From Methanobacteriota archaeon (lineage in GTDB: Archaea > Thermoplasmatota > Poseidoniia > Poseidoniales > Thalassarchaeaceae): a stretch of DNA of 64,000 nucleotides. The DNA lies in contig PBGL02000009.1 of assembly GCA_002718995.2 (NCBI GenBank), positions 460 to 64,459 of the forward strand, in the 5' to 3' direction. The notes below the pieces were generated by a model that had not been told where the DNA came from, did no database searches, and saw only the letters and a list, made by a program, of their open reading frames with translations. The stretch's first letter is position 1; every line of letters starts with the position of its first letter. Of the stretch, positions 53,401-62,715 are shown in pieces. A program made the translations under genes and the position numbers.

Positions 53401-55202
53401 ATCGAGTAAACGACACGGGGCCAATAGAAGTCAGAATTACATTAGCCGGTTCAACATTGGCTGACCTGGACTGGTCGAATAACCAGATAGAATCTGTAAT
53501 TCTAGTTGATGAGACTAGCCTTACTGGTTCCAGATTGGCCTCATTCTCCGTTGGCGAAATTCCTGTCGAGATCGTTGACTTGGACGAAGAAGGCGGCATT
53601 GTGATTACGGAGAGAGAAGGCAGCCTTGGACTCTACAGGATGAATCTTAATCGTGCTCTGACGCCATGCACTAATGTTTTCGAGGAAATGTGGACCGGGG
53701 ACATTTCTATCGTTAGTTCTGAGGACGGTTTTGCTCATGTTGCCTGGACCAGAAGGTACCTCGATTCATCTGGATACTTCAGGCAGACCGTGAGCTACAC
53801 TACACTGGATTCTAGTTGCCAACTGACGCCAATACAGGACATAATGCCGCCAATCCTGCTATCCGATGGCAAGTACTGGGGTTTGGACATGGACGTGAAA
53901 GGCTCTGAAATCGTTGTGGCCGGGTACCACAGGGATATTTTCACTGCGGGCACCCAACAAGACATAACGAGTGTTTTCGTGCTGATTTCGGACGCCCCGA
54001 CCAAGAGCCAAGATTGGGGGCTGAACCCAGCGGCGGTCAGTGAGCTTGACCTAGTTGCTGGTATGACTGACCCAGTTGACATTGAATTTGGAGACGAGGA
54101 CGTTCACCTACTTTACCAGTCATTGAGAAATGACACTACCGGGATAGACCGGTTGGGGCTATGGTACGCACACGGGCTGCCGGATCAATCGTCATGGGGC
54201 TACAGGAAGGCCGTTGGGGATCATGCCTTCTCTCCTGAAATGGTTGTCTCAGTGGATGATGATGAGGAAGTAATCGTGGCAGTCTGGGGAGAGGGGGGAG
54301 AGGATGATTCAGAGATAGTAGCAATTATTGGCGATTCCACATTTACCCCAATAGACGACAATGAAGTGAGGGTCCCTTCCAGAGGGCTAGGGATGATTGA
54401 GTTGTTAGAAACCTCTAGGGGGACTCAGGTTTTCTTTGACTTCGTCGGCCCGGGTGGCCCACAGATGCAATACGGACTGATCAATGCCGAAGAGGGGTGG
54501 ATCGGGATTTCGGATAGGATTGGACTTGGTAGACTGAGCGTCGTTGACAGATCGCCGACAGGCGGAGAGGCCGTAATACTCCATACGTCTCAAAGCGGGT
54601 GGCAAATCAGATCCCTGGTAGATGACTCTTCGCCGAATTCTGGAGATAGTGATCTACTAGAGATGATAAGAATCTCACTTGGATTGGACGAGCAGAATTT
54701 CAACGTACTTCTTGGGGGTACGGCCATTACGGTAATTTTCCTCAGTGTGATAGTCTTGCTTACGATGACGGCGAGGGCAGTAAGGTGGATTGGCAGTAGG
54801 AGGCGTACTTCTGCGCCCGGCTTAGTAATGCTTGAGGAGGATGTTGTGGACGTCATTCTCGAGACCGATATTTCTGTCAGTTCCAGTGAGGTGGAATTAG
54901 TCGAGGAAGAGGAGGAAGAGGAGGCCTCCCTTGGAGAGGGGGCTTCCGAGAGGAAGCGGAGAAGAGAGGGTAGGGCGAGGTCGGCCCATGCAGAATCGCT
55001 TCCCCCGCTGCCACCTCCTGCCATAACCCCCCCTCCAGCCGGCATGCCGATTCCGGAAGGGTCTCCGAAAACTGATTTCCCGCCCCCACTGCAAATGAAC
55101 AGGAGCGTTCTTTGCGATTCTTGCGGTGGAAGGTTCGAAGTCTCCAGTGGGCTAAAGATGACCAAGTGTCCCGTCTGCGATGAAAGAATCGACCTGTGGT
55201 GA
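50406..55202 (+). CDS. Giant membrane-anchored subtilisin-like (S8) serine protease with an I9-like propeptide, CARDB domains, a large uncharacterised beta-rich region, a TM anchor and a cytoplasmic tail ending in a zinc ribbon
   Basis: The catalytic triad contexts are VIAIADTGVD (about 51091), HGTHVAGIA (about 51283) and SGTSMSTPAVAG (about 51906). CARDB-like segments lie at about 52880-53160 and 53240-53500. The TM segment is at 54703-54775. The tail has an EEEEEEE run, the proline run 54993-55095, and CDSC...CPVC at 55110-55199. TTG 50364 is the ORF-track start. ATG 50406 gives a signal-peptide-like MRGDWSGRQSVLAALMLILL. Confidence 0.8.
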   Translation: MRGDWSGRQSVLAALMLILLDFSGGATAVVPSENIDAGEFEIDIPDDSPPPLYCGDVICEAKDRTPYLPPYDVDWPVQEPGWWFEYWYDLDNNGMDDRLQWIISGERDSVSTSAIMGEDGRMTVAIFVDYAWHPGTADINRLKGVLMDHGWEEYGSYFRTVEIIDTVIVEHVPVSSLMDILMLDGVVLVEQQNVLVPYLNTAARGSKVRDSDVYSETMRDYGYDGSGVVIAIADTGVDNEHFSLDDFSDNNDDNEAEPDELPDPKWVAGCDATSWNQQDCDDGGDDPDDGDGHGTHVAGIALGTGDSDRDNQGYAPGAYLVDIKVMTDAGASNSGYTVAGINWAVQNVNTDWGNNDSSRGIDILSMSFGSSSNPTGDDPGDNGTGADANAVNAASDAGIVCVAAIGNDGYRRVTSVGAADSAITVGAIDDKASIERGDDSIASYSNSGPREDDGDDDEWDELKPDVVAPGSNVMSAQHAASSSQLPGSPKPLASDNYVQMSGTSMSTPAVAGFIAGMLQMDDSLSPQEVKDILRNNSETRGEASEPSVSNRWNDQYGFGIVDGEMVLQAVLGDTGGGDPGGNQTEPPPSGAGEWIVIETPEEDSWLVEGETYSARGHIDEDADTNGTIEEVKVKITYTHRPDDSPRQTEVLVDWHAAQGTINWSTPFSVPEFSEDDINIEDVIVEVQAKNQFEQWSKIEKSEHQVGLVDIGLGGPSGQTPVSGNTNVYGTWESVNGGTLQWRLGTDSWETIDQFGGSGSGSGDWSVNWDTTDVNDGFYRISVRMISGDGVHSEEVRRTVEVDNDPPAPDLIFRSGISVDEYGITISEAYVNTFLEVRCEVRNDGDLDATEVSIYLKENGARKDEIVVPSIGSGDIVEIVLYWNPSTVGEKTLTISLDPSNSIDEINEDDNEQSVTFPIIQRPQGIDLALREGAVRTEPSIPRPSEQFLVTARVDNLGSSDAINVEATLEIRNSLGWESVSSTVMSLVVGQGASQVSFAHRVNDTGPIEVRITLAGSTLADLDWSNNQIESVILVDETSLTGSRLASFSVGEIPVEIVDLDEEGGIVITEREGSLGLYRMNLNRALTPCTNVFEEMWTGDISIVSSEDGFAHVAWTRRYLDSSGYFRQTVSYTTLDSSCQLTPIQDIMPPILLSDGKYWGLDMDVKGSEIVVAGYHRDIFTAGTQQDITSVFVLISDAPTKSQDWGLNPAAVSELDLVAGMTDPVDIEFGDEDVHLLYQSLRNDTTGIDRLGLWYAHGLPDQSSWGYRKAVGDHAFSPEMVVSVDDDEEVIVAVWGEGGEDDSEIVAIIGDSTFTPIDDNEVRVPSRGLGMIELLETSRGTQVFFDFVGPGGPQMQYGLINAEEGWIGISDRIGLGRLSVVDRSPTGGEAVILHTSQSGWQIRSLVDDSSPNSGDSDLLEMIRISLGLDEQNFNVLLGGTAITVIFLSVIVLLTMTARAVRWIGSRRRTSAPGLVMLEEDVVDVILETDISVSSSEVELVEEEEEEEASLGEGASERKRRREGRARSAHAESLPPLPPPAITPPPAGMPIPEGSPKTDFPPPLQMNRSVLCDSCGGRFEVSSGLKMTKCPVCDERIDLW

Positions 55203-55209
55203 GTCAGGG

Positions 55210-55872
55210 ATGAGGGTTCTTCTCGCCTCCGCGTCCGAGAGGCGTCGAGAATTGTTGTTTCGCCTTTTGGAAGACGAGGGAGTTACCTTGCATTCAAGGG
55301 GACTATCGGCAAAGGAGGCAATTGCCCCAAACTTTCTGGGAGTGGGCGAGAAGGCTGAGTTCACATGCATGGCAAAGGCCGTGAGTGCGTCTGAAGAACA
55401 GACGCTATTACACCAAGAAGAATCAGCGGATGGAGGGGCTTTCGACATAGTAATTGTTTCAGATACGTTGGTTGAGGACCCCGGGGATCACTTGTTGGCC
55501 ATGGGGAAGCCATCAGATGGTACAGAAGCTGTTTCAATGCTCCTGAGGCTATCTGGTGGCCGGCATAGAGTGTGGTCCTCCTCTGCAATACTTAGCAGAC
55601 CGGGTGGGCCCGTATTCAGCATTCCTTTGCATGGTGGTTGGACTGCCGAAATTTGGACTGAGAGCTCCATTGTTCAATTCGAGGACCTTTCTGAGGAGAG
55701 TATTTTCCAATTAATAGAGTCTGGATCATGGGAAGGCAAGGCCGGGGGGTATGATCTGGCCGGTGAGGCTTCCTCGCACTGCAATCTGGTTGAGGGGCAA
55801 GAGGTAACTGTCCTAGGATTGGCCTCCGAATCCATAGAATTCCTTAGGGCGGAAATAGCTAGACGAAGGTAA
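55210..55872 (+). CDS. maf: Maf-like nucleoside triphosphate pyrophosphatase
   Basis: Motifs MRVLLASASERRRELL, VSDTLV, GKPSDGTEA and EGKAGGYDLAG. I set the start at the ATG 8 nt after the protease stop. Confidence 0.7.
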   Translation: MRVLLASASERRRELLFRLLEDEGVTLHSRGLSAKEAIAPNFLGVGEKAEFTCMAKAVSASEEQTLLHQEESADGGAFDIVIVSDTLVEDPGDHLLAMGKPSDGTEAVSMLLRLSGGRHRVWSSSAILSRPGGPVFSIPLHGGWTAEIWTESSIVQFEDLSEESIFQLIESGSWEGKAGGYDLAGEASSHCNLVEGQEVTVLGLASESIEFLRAEIARRR

Positions 55873-56401
55873 CTCCGCCATGCAGGAGAACGAATTCCTT
55901 CTGTAACTCATCGAACCACTCTAGCATAGAGGAGTCGAACCTGACTCTGTCTACCTCAGGATCCATCAGCAAATCGTCTTGAATTCCCTTCAGTGTCCCT
56001 GGAGCGGCCCCACAGGAGACGCACGCCCCGTCTAGATCAATGATCAGTGATAGGGCCCTCTTCGAGTTCCCGGATTTCTCGAAACTCCAACCGGAAAGAA
56101 CTAGTGCCCCCCCATGGCCATCCAATGCAGCTCTGACTGGACCCAATCTCGACATTAATGCGGGAACTACATCTGGACTGTCGGACTCAACGAGAGAAGA
56201 CAACGAGAGTCCGAGGAGTCGTTCATTCTCAATTGGATCAACACTCTCAGAAACCCTCCTTTCAGCCTCCCTCCTCATCAATTCCTCGATCTGTGAGCCA
56301 TAGGCCTCTGCGAGCCTATCGCTGGCCTCCGAATCACCCTTACTGCCATCTTCCACAGGCATAGCAGGAGGTGGCCTTTCTTTAGTATGTCCTTGGAACA
56401 C
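55859..56401 (-). CDS. NifU C-terminal (Nfu)-like Fe-S cluster scaffold/carrier protein
   Basis: 180 aa. Motifs LDGHGGALVL and DGACVSCGAAPGTLKGIQ (C-x2-C). The gene is divergent from sufCBD. Confidence 0.65.
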   Translation of the reverse strand: MFQGHTKERPPPAMPVEDGSKGDSEASDRLAEAYGSQIEELMRREAERRVSESVDPIENERLLGLSLSSLVESDSPDVVPALMSRLGPVRAALDGHGGALVLSGWSFEKSGNSKRALSLIIDLDGACVSCGAAPGTLKGIQDDLLMDPEVDRVRFDSSMLEWFDELQKEFVLLHGGVTFV

Positions 56402-56464
56402 TGTGCGTGGACGAAAGCCAGTATTGAAAAGGGTGTAACTCTGGCATTATATTGAGGGAAACGT

Positions 56465-57244
56465 ATGAGCGGCGAAAAACCCATTCTAACAATTTCAAAT
56501 CTTCATGTTGGGATTGAGGGGACGCCCATATTGAAGGGAATCGACATAATCATTCCATCCGGAGAAATCCACGCCATAATGGGGCGGAATGGAAGCGGTA
56601 AAACTACAGCTGCAAATGTAATCATGGGGCACCCCTCATACGACATCGAGGATGGAGACGTACTGCTCAGCGGGGAAAGCATCCTTGACATGGAGCCATG
56701 GGAGAGATCGAGGTCGGGAGTTTTCCTATCTTTCCAATACCCTCAATCGGTTCCCGGACTCCAAGTCGGGAATTTCCTGAGGAAGTCGGTTAGTAGTGTC
56801 AGAGGGGACGAAGCAGCGAAGGGATCGGCTTTCAGGGAGGACCTGAAAAATGCGATGAGTAAACTAAACATTCCTTCCTCATTCCTTTCCAGATATGTCA
56901 ACGATGGCTTCAGCGGGGGCGAGAAAAAGCGATTCGAGATCCTACAGATGATGCTCCTAAAGCCCCGTCTCGCAGTACTGGATGAGACGGACAGCGGGCT
57001 CGACATAGATGGCATAAGGACCGTAGCAGAGGGAATTAACGAGGTAGTAAGGGGAACAGAAAATGGGGCTCTTATAATCACTCATTACTCAAGAATATTG
57101 GAACACGTTAAGCCAGATAGGATTCATGTGATGATTGGTGGCAAAATAGTTGCCAGTGGCGGTCCGGGACTAGCAAGCCTCTTGGAGGAAAACGGATACG
57201 ACTGGCTTGAAGAGCGAGTGGCCGAGGGAGAGGTGTTCGAATGA
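56465..57244 (+). CDS. sufC: Fe-S cluster assembly ATPase SufC
   Basis: 259 aa. It has Walker [10 protein letters not shown] and [14 protein letters not shown], and it lies directly upstream of sufB. Confidence 0.9.
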   Translation: MSGEKPILTISNLHVGIEGTPILKGIDIIIPSGEIHAIMGRNGSGKTTAANVIMGHPSYDIEDGDVLLSGESILDMEPWERSRSGVFLSFQYPQSVPGLQVGNFLRKSVSSVRGDEAAKGSAFREDLKNAMSKLNIPSSFLSRYVNDGFSGGEKKRFEILQMMLLKPRLAVLDETDSGLDIDGIRTVAEGINEVVRGTENGALIITHYSRILEHVKPDRIHVMIGGKIVASGGPGLASLLEENGYDWLEERVAEGEVFE

Positions 57245-58653
57245 GTCAACCAAGTGAAGCGAGGGAGGCAGTAGGTGACTACAAGGCCGGCTGGCATGAT
57301 CCTGAAAATTCCACAATAAGATTTGATTTTGGCCTCTCGGAGAAAGTAGTCAGAGACATCTCAGAGCTAAAGAGTGAGCCAGAGTGGATGACTGAGATGA
57401 GGCTGAAGGCTTACCGTCACTTCACAGAGAGGCCGATGCCCGATTGGGGGAACACGGAGGTTCTAGAGGGCATTGATTTCGATAATGTATGCTACTTCCT
57501 CAGATCTTCGGATGAGACTGGAGAGACATGGGAAGACGTCCCAGAGGACATCAGGAATACATTCGAGCGGCTAGGCATACCCGAGGCGGAACAGAAGTGG
57601 CTCTCCGGAGTCACTGCTCAATATGAGTCTGAAACAGTTTACCACAGCATCAGGGAGGACCTGGAAAAGCAAGGTGTGGTTTTCCTAGACATGGATTCAG
57701 GCCTCAAGGAGTATGAAGAAATCGTAAGACGCTACTTTGGCACAGTCGTGCCATTCAGCGACAACAAGTTTTCTGCATTGAATACTGCGGTATGGTCTGG
57801 AGGATCTTTCATCTACGTACCAAAGGGCGTCAGTGTCGAGATGCCGGTGCAGGCATATTTCAGAATCAATGCCAAGAATATGGGGCAGTTCGAGAGGACG
57901 CTGATTATTGCCGATGAGGGTAGCAGCATTCACTACGTTGAAGGATGTACGGCTCCAACCTACTCTACCGACTCCCTTCACTCAGCAGTAGTCGAGTTGA
58001 TCGCCCTTCCCGGAGCACACATCAGATACACCACGGTCCAGAACTGGAGCAACAACGTGTACAATCTCGTCACAAAGAGAGGAGTGGCGCATGAGGACTC
58101 CAAGATCGAATGGGTAGATGGGAATATTGGTAGCAAGCTAACCATGAAGTATCCAGCGGTGATTCTGAAGGGAGAGGGTTCGCATGCTGAAGTTATCTCT
58201 GTGGCATACGCCGGTGCTGGACAGCATCAAGATGCGGGTGCCAAGGTCCATCATTTGGCATCCAACACGACTAGTAATATCCTCTCGAAGAGCATCAGCA
58301 AAGATGGCGGTAGAGGCTCATACAGAGGAATGGCGAAAATCATGCCAAAGGCTGAGAACTGCAGAATGAACATCGTATGTGATGCCCTAATTTTGGATGA
58401 GGGGAGTAGGTCCGACACATACCCAACCATGGAAGTCGGCAATGCAAGTGCTCATTGCGAGCATGAAGCCAGCGTTTCCAAAGTGGGAGACGAGCAACTC
58501 TTCTACCTGATGAGCAGGGGCCATACGGAAGCAGAAGCTTTGGGCATGATAGTGAATGGCTTCTTCGAACCCTTCACCAAGGAATTGCCCATGGAGTACG
58601 CAGTTGAGTTGAACAAACTGATGGCCCTAGAAATGGAAGGAAGCATAGGCTGA
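57241..58653 (+). CDS. sufB: Fe-S cluster assembly protein SufB
   Basis: 470 aa. It has the beta-helix core and the [10 protein letters not shown] ... GFF C-terminal pattern. Its start overlaps the sufC stop. Confidence 0.9.
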   Translation: MSQPSEAREAVGDYKAGWHDPENSTIRFDFGLSEKVVRDISELKSEPEWMTEMRLKAYRHFTERPMPDWGNTEVLEGIDFDNVCYFLRSSDETGETWEDVPEDIRNTFERLGIPEAEQKWLSGVTAQYESETVYHSIREDLEKQGVVFLDMDSGLKEYEEIVRRYFGTVVPFSDNKFSALNTAVWSGGSFIYVPKGVSVEMPVQAYFRINAKNMGQFERTLIIADEGSSIHYVEGCTAPTYSTDSLHSAVVELIALPGAHIRYTTVQNWSNNVYNLVTKRGVAHEDSKIEWVDGNIGSKLTMKYPAVILKGEGSHAEVISVAYAGAGQHQDAGAKVHHLASNTTSNILSKSISKDGGRGSYRGMAKIMPKAENCRMNIVCDALILDEGSRSDTYPTMEVGNASAHCEHEASVSKVGDEQLFYLMSRGHTEAEALGMIVNGFFEPFTKELPMEYAVELNKLMALEMEGSIG

Positions 58654-58661
58654 GTGAATCC

Positions 58662-59765
58662 ATGGATTCTAGTTCGGAGTATTTGTCACTCGAAGAGCCG
58701 AGGAGGGCTGTCCACCTTTGGAGGTACACGCCTTGGAAGAAGGTCCATCCCACGGGGGACATATCTGACATCCCTGATGAAGTTGGAAGTCCTCGACTAA
58801 GTCTGAAGTGCATAGACGGCGACGTCCCAGAAGGGGTGAGGTTGATTCACGGAGCTGGCCCCCTAGAAGGCCTTCCAGAGTCGGACGCCACTACATCTAG
58901 CTTCATACGTGCCATTACAGAAGAGTCTTCTTGGACGGTAGAGGTGGACCGAGGATTCAGCCCTGGGAAGACCGTGATATTGGAAATAGAAGTCGAATCC
59001 CCGATTTCAGCAGCTCATGTCTGCTTGAAAATCGGGAGGCATGCAAATTTGGAATTAGTCACACATGTCAAGGGGGAGTGTGAATGGTTGGGCCTACTAA
59101 GGACTGGTTCGACAGGCGAGGGGTCAAACACTAGCGATGTTGTTGTGAATGTACTGAATGGGGGGACGCTGCTTAGGGTCGATGCTATCCACATTGAGAG
59201 AGATTCCCAAGTCAAGGCTGGCACAATTTCCTCCGGATCTGAAACTACTAAGTCGGATCTAAGATACAGGATGGGTGAGCCAGGGGGTAACCTGAATGTC
59301 CTGGGCTCCATACTTTCTTCCGAAGATATGTCTCTAGATCACCACATAGAGATACACCATGATGCTCCTGAAACATTTAGTCGGCTCGATTGGCACTCAG
59401 CTTGCGGGGGCAAGAGTAAGACCGTTGGCACAGGGATGCTGCGAGTTGCCAAGGGGTCTAGAGGGGCGGATGCTGCTCAATTGTTCCAAAATCTACTCAT
59501 CTCGGAAACAGCGCAAGCGGATTCGATACCGGAACTAGAAGTTTCTGAGAACGAGGTAGTTGGTTGTGGCCACGGCACTGCTAGCGGGCCAGTAGATGAG
59601 GATCAGCTATTCTACCTAGGGACCAGGGGGCTTTCGACGGAGCAGGCCAAAAGTATGCTAATCGCTGCATTCCTGAACTCGACCCTGTCTGAAATGGGCA
59701 GTCCGGAGATGCACGATTGGCTGGTAGAGATGCTTACCGATGACCTAGATGCCCTTGGCATCTAG
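58662..59765 (+). CDS. sufD: Fe-S cluster assembly protein SufD
   Basis: 367 aa. It is paralogous to SufB (DQLFYLGTRGLS...AFL) and takes the third position in the suf operon. Confidence 0.85.
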   Translation: MDSSSEYLSLEEPRRAVHLWRYTPWKKVHPTGDISDIPDEVGSPRLSLKCIDGDVPEGVRLIHGAGPLEGLPESDATTSSFIRAITEESSWTVEVDRGFSPGKTVILEIEVESPISAAHVCLKIGRHANLELVTHVKGECEWLGLLRTGSTGEGSNTSDVVVNVLNGGTLLRVDAIHIERDSQVKAGTISSGSETTKSDLRYRMGEPGGNLNVLGSILSSEDMSLDHHIEIHHDAPETFSRLDWHSACGGKSKTVGTGMLRVAKGSRGADAAQLFQNLLISETAQADSIPELEVSENEVVGCGHGTASGPVDEDQLFYLGTRGLSTEQAKSMLIAAFLNSTLSEMGSPEMHDWLVEMLTDDLDALGI

Positions 59766-60541
59766 GCAGATCTATCCCTGTATGTAGAAACCAAGGAAGT
59801 AACTAAGATTCCGGAGGCGGCTCCGAAAACCATCCCCTGTGATTCTAGTCCATTACCAGCCAAGTCTCTGAATGCCAAGGTCATAACGGTGGTCATAGGG
59901 ATAACAAAAATTGCAAATCTAGTGGCCCAAATCTTGGGAGTCGGTGCGACCCCCATAGGCCTCAGAGTCACAGAACTAGATTTCTGTATGACCTGCCAAT
60001 TAACCCTCTCAGCATCGATCCTTAGCCTCTGTAACACAGCTGGTCTCACCCCAGGATCAGAGCCGTCTCCGCCATCCCGATCAGACTTGCCAGTGTAAAT
60101 TTTGACCCTCTTCAGATCTTGCCTCCTTTCGACCATTCTCTCAACTACTGCGGCTGCGGAAGGAGCGTCTAATCCCTTTAGGTCCACAACGAGAACGCCC
60201 CTGTCCCTTCGAACTTTGTCGCTGACGATCCATCCGCCCATTTCTGATGGGGCCCTTCCCTCAATTGGTGAAAGAATTGCTCTGAGTCTATGCAATTCCT
60301 CGAGCCTCTCTGCATCCCTATCTTTGGCCGAGTTTGCCATCTCGTTGACCCTGTAGAATCCAAAAATCGCAATCAGAGTGGCGGCCATTGCCCCAATTAC
60401 AAGGCCCGCCCTCAAGGAAGGGATGATATCCGGATCATCCAGTCCACTAGCGAAAATTGCGATGAAGGTAATCATTGTTGTAACCATTAGTCCGGCGACT
60501 ATTGAGATGGCCAGGACATCACGAAATCTGACCTCTGCCAT
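59762..60541 (-). CDS. Membrane protein with a central soluble domain that is weakly Smr-like
   Basis: 259 aa. Two N-terminal and two or three C-terminal TM helices flank VLVVDLKGLDAPSAAAVVERMV...VKIYTGKSDRDG...VRPAVLQRL, which resembles the Smr DLHG...GxG layout. Confidence 0.35.
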   Translation of the reverse strand: MAEVRFRDVLAISIVAGLMVTTMITFIAIFASGLDDPDIIPSLRAGLVIGAMAATLIAIFGFYRVNEMANSAKDRDAERLEELHRLRAILSPIEGRAPSEMGGWIVSDKVRRDRGVLVVDLKGLDAPSAAAVVERMVERRQDLKRVKIYTGKSDRDGGDGSDPGVRPAVLQRLRIDAERVNWQVIQKSSSVTLRPMGVAPTPKIWATRFAIFVIPMTTVMTLAFRDLAGNGLESQGMVFGAASGILVTSLVSTYRDRSA

Positions 60542-60620
60542 GTTGTGTCCAAAGGGCCTTCACTCAAGAGGACGTGGGTCATAGGGCAAGATTGATTTCC
60601 GAAATGTTATCCCTGGGCCT

Positions 60621-61367
60621 GTGAGCCTAGAGAGGAATGGCAGAGGGGATCGCCTCAGGGAAATCAAAGTCTCCAAGATTCTTGCTGGAATTGGTGGCGG
60701 TTACCTATTGCTATGCTTTCTAGCCCCCATGGCCATGCCCGAGGGATCCGTGCCTCAACTTTCAGGAAGAGCAAATGCAATCGACTATGCTACATTCGAT
60801 AGTTGGGGCAACACAAATGGTGGTGAGCATGCCGATATGGGTCATGATCAATCCGAACATGGGGGTTTCTTTGCATGGTCGGAGCTGAATCCGATATTCG
60901 CATTTACCTACGCGTTCGGGGATCTGAATTGTCATCAGAAACATGAAAGATCGTGGGAAATAAATGGGAATCAAATGCCAGTATGTGCGAGGGACATAGG
61001 GATATTCTTGGGATTTGCTTTGGGTGCCGCTTTATTTGGCTGGAGGGGGCTTAATCGCTGGACTATCAGAGATACTTTCCTCTCAGTTTTTCCCGATGAT
61101 TTTTTGCAAACCACCTACGCTAATGACAACAGGACGAGGGACATGGCCATATTACTCACTTTAGGGATCGTTCCAATGGCAATAGATGGATTCACTCAAC
61201 TTCTGACTGATTACGAGTCTGTGAATCCACTGAGGCTAGTCACGGGCATGGCAGCAGGCATGGTTATTGGGTGGTTTGTTTGTGCATCACTCTGTGCAAG
61301 GGCGAGTGGGTTTGACGGGGCTTCTTCGGTTATTCTCCCTGGTGAAGCCAGGCTAGTTCAGAAGTAG
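60621..61367 (+). CDS. DUF2085-family membrane protein
   Basis: 248 aa with a GTG start. It has GDLNCHQKHERSW...MPVCARDIGIFLGF, matching the CHQ...R-S...C-A-R-x-x-G pattern. Confidence 0.6.
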   Translation: MSLERNGRGDRLREIKVSKILAGIGGGYLLLCFLAPMAMPEGSVPQLSGRANAIDYATFDSWGNTNGGEHADMGHDQSEHGGFFAWSELNPIFAFTYAFGDLNCHQKHERSWEINGNQMPVCARDIGIFLGFALGAALFGWRGLNRWTIRDTFLSVFPDDFLQTTYANDNRTRDMAILLTLGIVPMAIDGFTQLLTDYESVNPLRLVTGMAAGMVIGWFVCASLCARASGFDGASSVILPGEARLVQK

Positions 61368-61370
61368 CAT

Positions 61371-62711
61371 CTAAGATGCTGTCCACCATTTTACCAAGTC
61401 CTCAGGATTCTCTGGAGTTTCGCCTGAGTCATTTCCACTTCCCAATATTTTGAGTCTCTCGATTACTGAGTCGACGGAGGCAGGGTGGTGTCCAGATTTG
61501 ACTATCTGACCCATTGAGAATCTTAAGTGAGTTCCGGGATTGTCCCTAATCCACTTAACAATCGCATCCTTGAGTGGCCAGATTGCTATTGAGAGTAGCC
61601 CCATTGCCCTGAATTCGTCCCTTAGCTGAGACCTAGGGGCCTCTCTGCCGATCAGTGAGCGATGTTGGTGTATCCACCCCAATCTCTCATGCAGATACTT
61701 GACTATGGTTTGCGTATGTCTTTCGGATACTGTTCTAACTGGGCCGAGAGAATTGCGCAGCTCCCGGATATCGGCAGAGCCCATCAGGGATAACGTGCCA
61801 AGCACAGATGAGATAGAATGGGAAAGGACGTGATGGGGGACATCCACCCTATCACCTTCCCCTACGGAGTCCATGATTGATGCATGTTCTTTCTGAGATT
61901 CATTGATTACCCTCCAAGGGGACTTTCCGGCGAGCCATTGTTCCTTCGAACTCGTCGGCTCAAGGCCCAGCCCCTCCAAAGTGGTCTGTCCATCGGAGTT
62001 TCTGATTAGCCTCCTCAACAGATTCCTATCGACTATTTCGATATCGACATTTACGGGACTTGGGCGAGAGTGCAAGAACCCCCTGATTACCCCTTTTAGC
62101 TGCCCCCTGAATTCGTCCTCGGTCCCCTCATTTAGGATTGGGCCAATTATTGCACCCATGTCAAATGGGACTGGCATTTCCTTTTCCCCTGATAGCAAAT
62201 CCCTGTAGCCGTCCCTAATTTTCCTCTGTAGCTCCGTGGTCTCGAAGTATTCTTCTTTGTTCGAATGCGCCCTAAGGGTGCCACTCTTGATTCGATTCAG
62301 TGCCACTTCTGGGTCGCAGTCCACCCATATGCAAAGATCCGGGACCAATGCGGCTGAGTTCATATGAGCAACACGTTCGACACCGGCGCCGCCGACAATG
62401 CCCTGGTAGACGAGCGATGAGTGGATATTTCTCTCGCTTACTATGGCCATTCCTTGTTCAAGCCGCGGGAGAATCCATCCATGGGAGTGGTCGACCCTGT
62501 CGGCAGCAAACAATCCTGCCTCTTCCTCGGGAGTGATTTTCCTTGTTCTGACGGCGTCGATTGCGAGTCTGCCCAGTGGATGTTCCCTCCTTGGCTCACC
62601 CGTAACCTCAACCGAAACAAAGGGAAATTCTCTTCGCATGACATCGGCGACTACTCGGGTAGCTAGGCCTTTCCCACTGCCATCTCCCCCCTCCACAGTA
62701 ATCAGATACAT
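61371..62711 (-). CDS. Thymidylate-kinase-like P-loop protein with a ~240-aa uncharacterised C-terminal extension
   Basis: 446 aa. The N-terminal ~200 aa has the VEGGDGSGKG P-loop, FAADRVDH, a DR-type motif and a lid-like RIKSGTLR. The remainder has no motif I recognise. Confidence 0.6.
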   Translation of the reverse strand: MYLITVEGGDGSGKGLATRVVADVMRREFPFVSVEVTGEPRREHPLGRLAIDAVRTRKITPEEEAGLFAADRVDHSHGWILPRLEQGMAIVSERNIHSSLVYQGIVGGAGVERVAHMNSAALVPDLCIWVDCDPEVALNRIKSGTLRAHSNKEEYFETTELQRKIRDGYRDLLSGEKEMPVPFDMGAIIGPILNEGTEDEFRGQLKGVIRGFLHSRPSPVNVDIEIVDRNLLRRLIRNSDGQTTLEGLGLEPTSSKEQWLAGKSPWRVINESQKEHASIMDSVGEGDRVDVPHHVLSHSISSVLGTLSLMGSADIRELRNSLGPVRTVSERHTQTIVKYLHERLGWIHQHRSLIGREAPRSQLRDEFRAMGLLSIAIWPLKDAIVKWIRDNPGTHLRFSMGQIVKSGHHPASVDSVIERLKILGSGNDSGETPENPEDLVKWWTAS

Positions 62712-62715
62712 TCCC

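Noticed and set aside
54895-54925. A GAG/GAA-rich run (poly-Glu), and the Asp-rich runs at 33381-33845, considered as possible microsatellites.
   Set aside because: They are in frame within long ORFs and encode acidic low-complexity or Ca-binding-type segments. They are not independent non-coding repeats.
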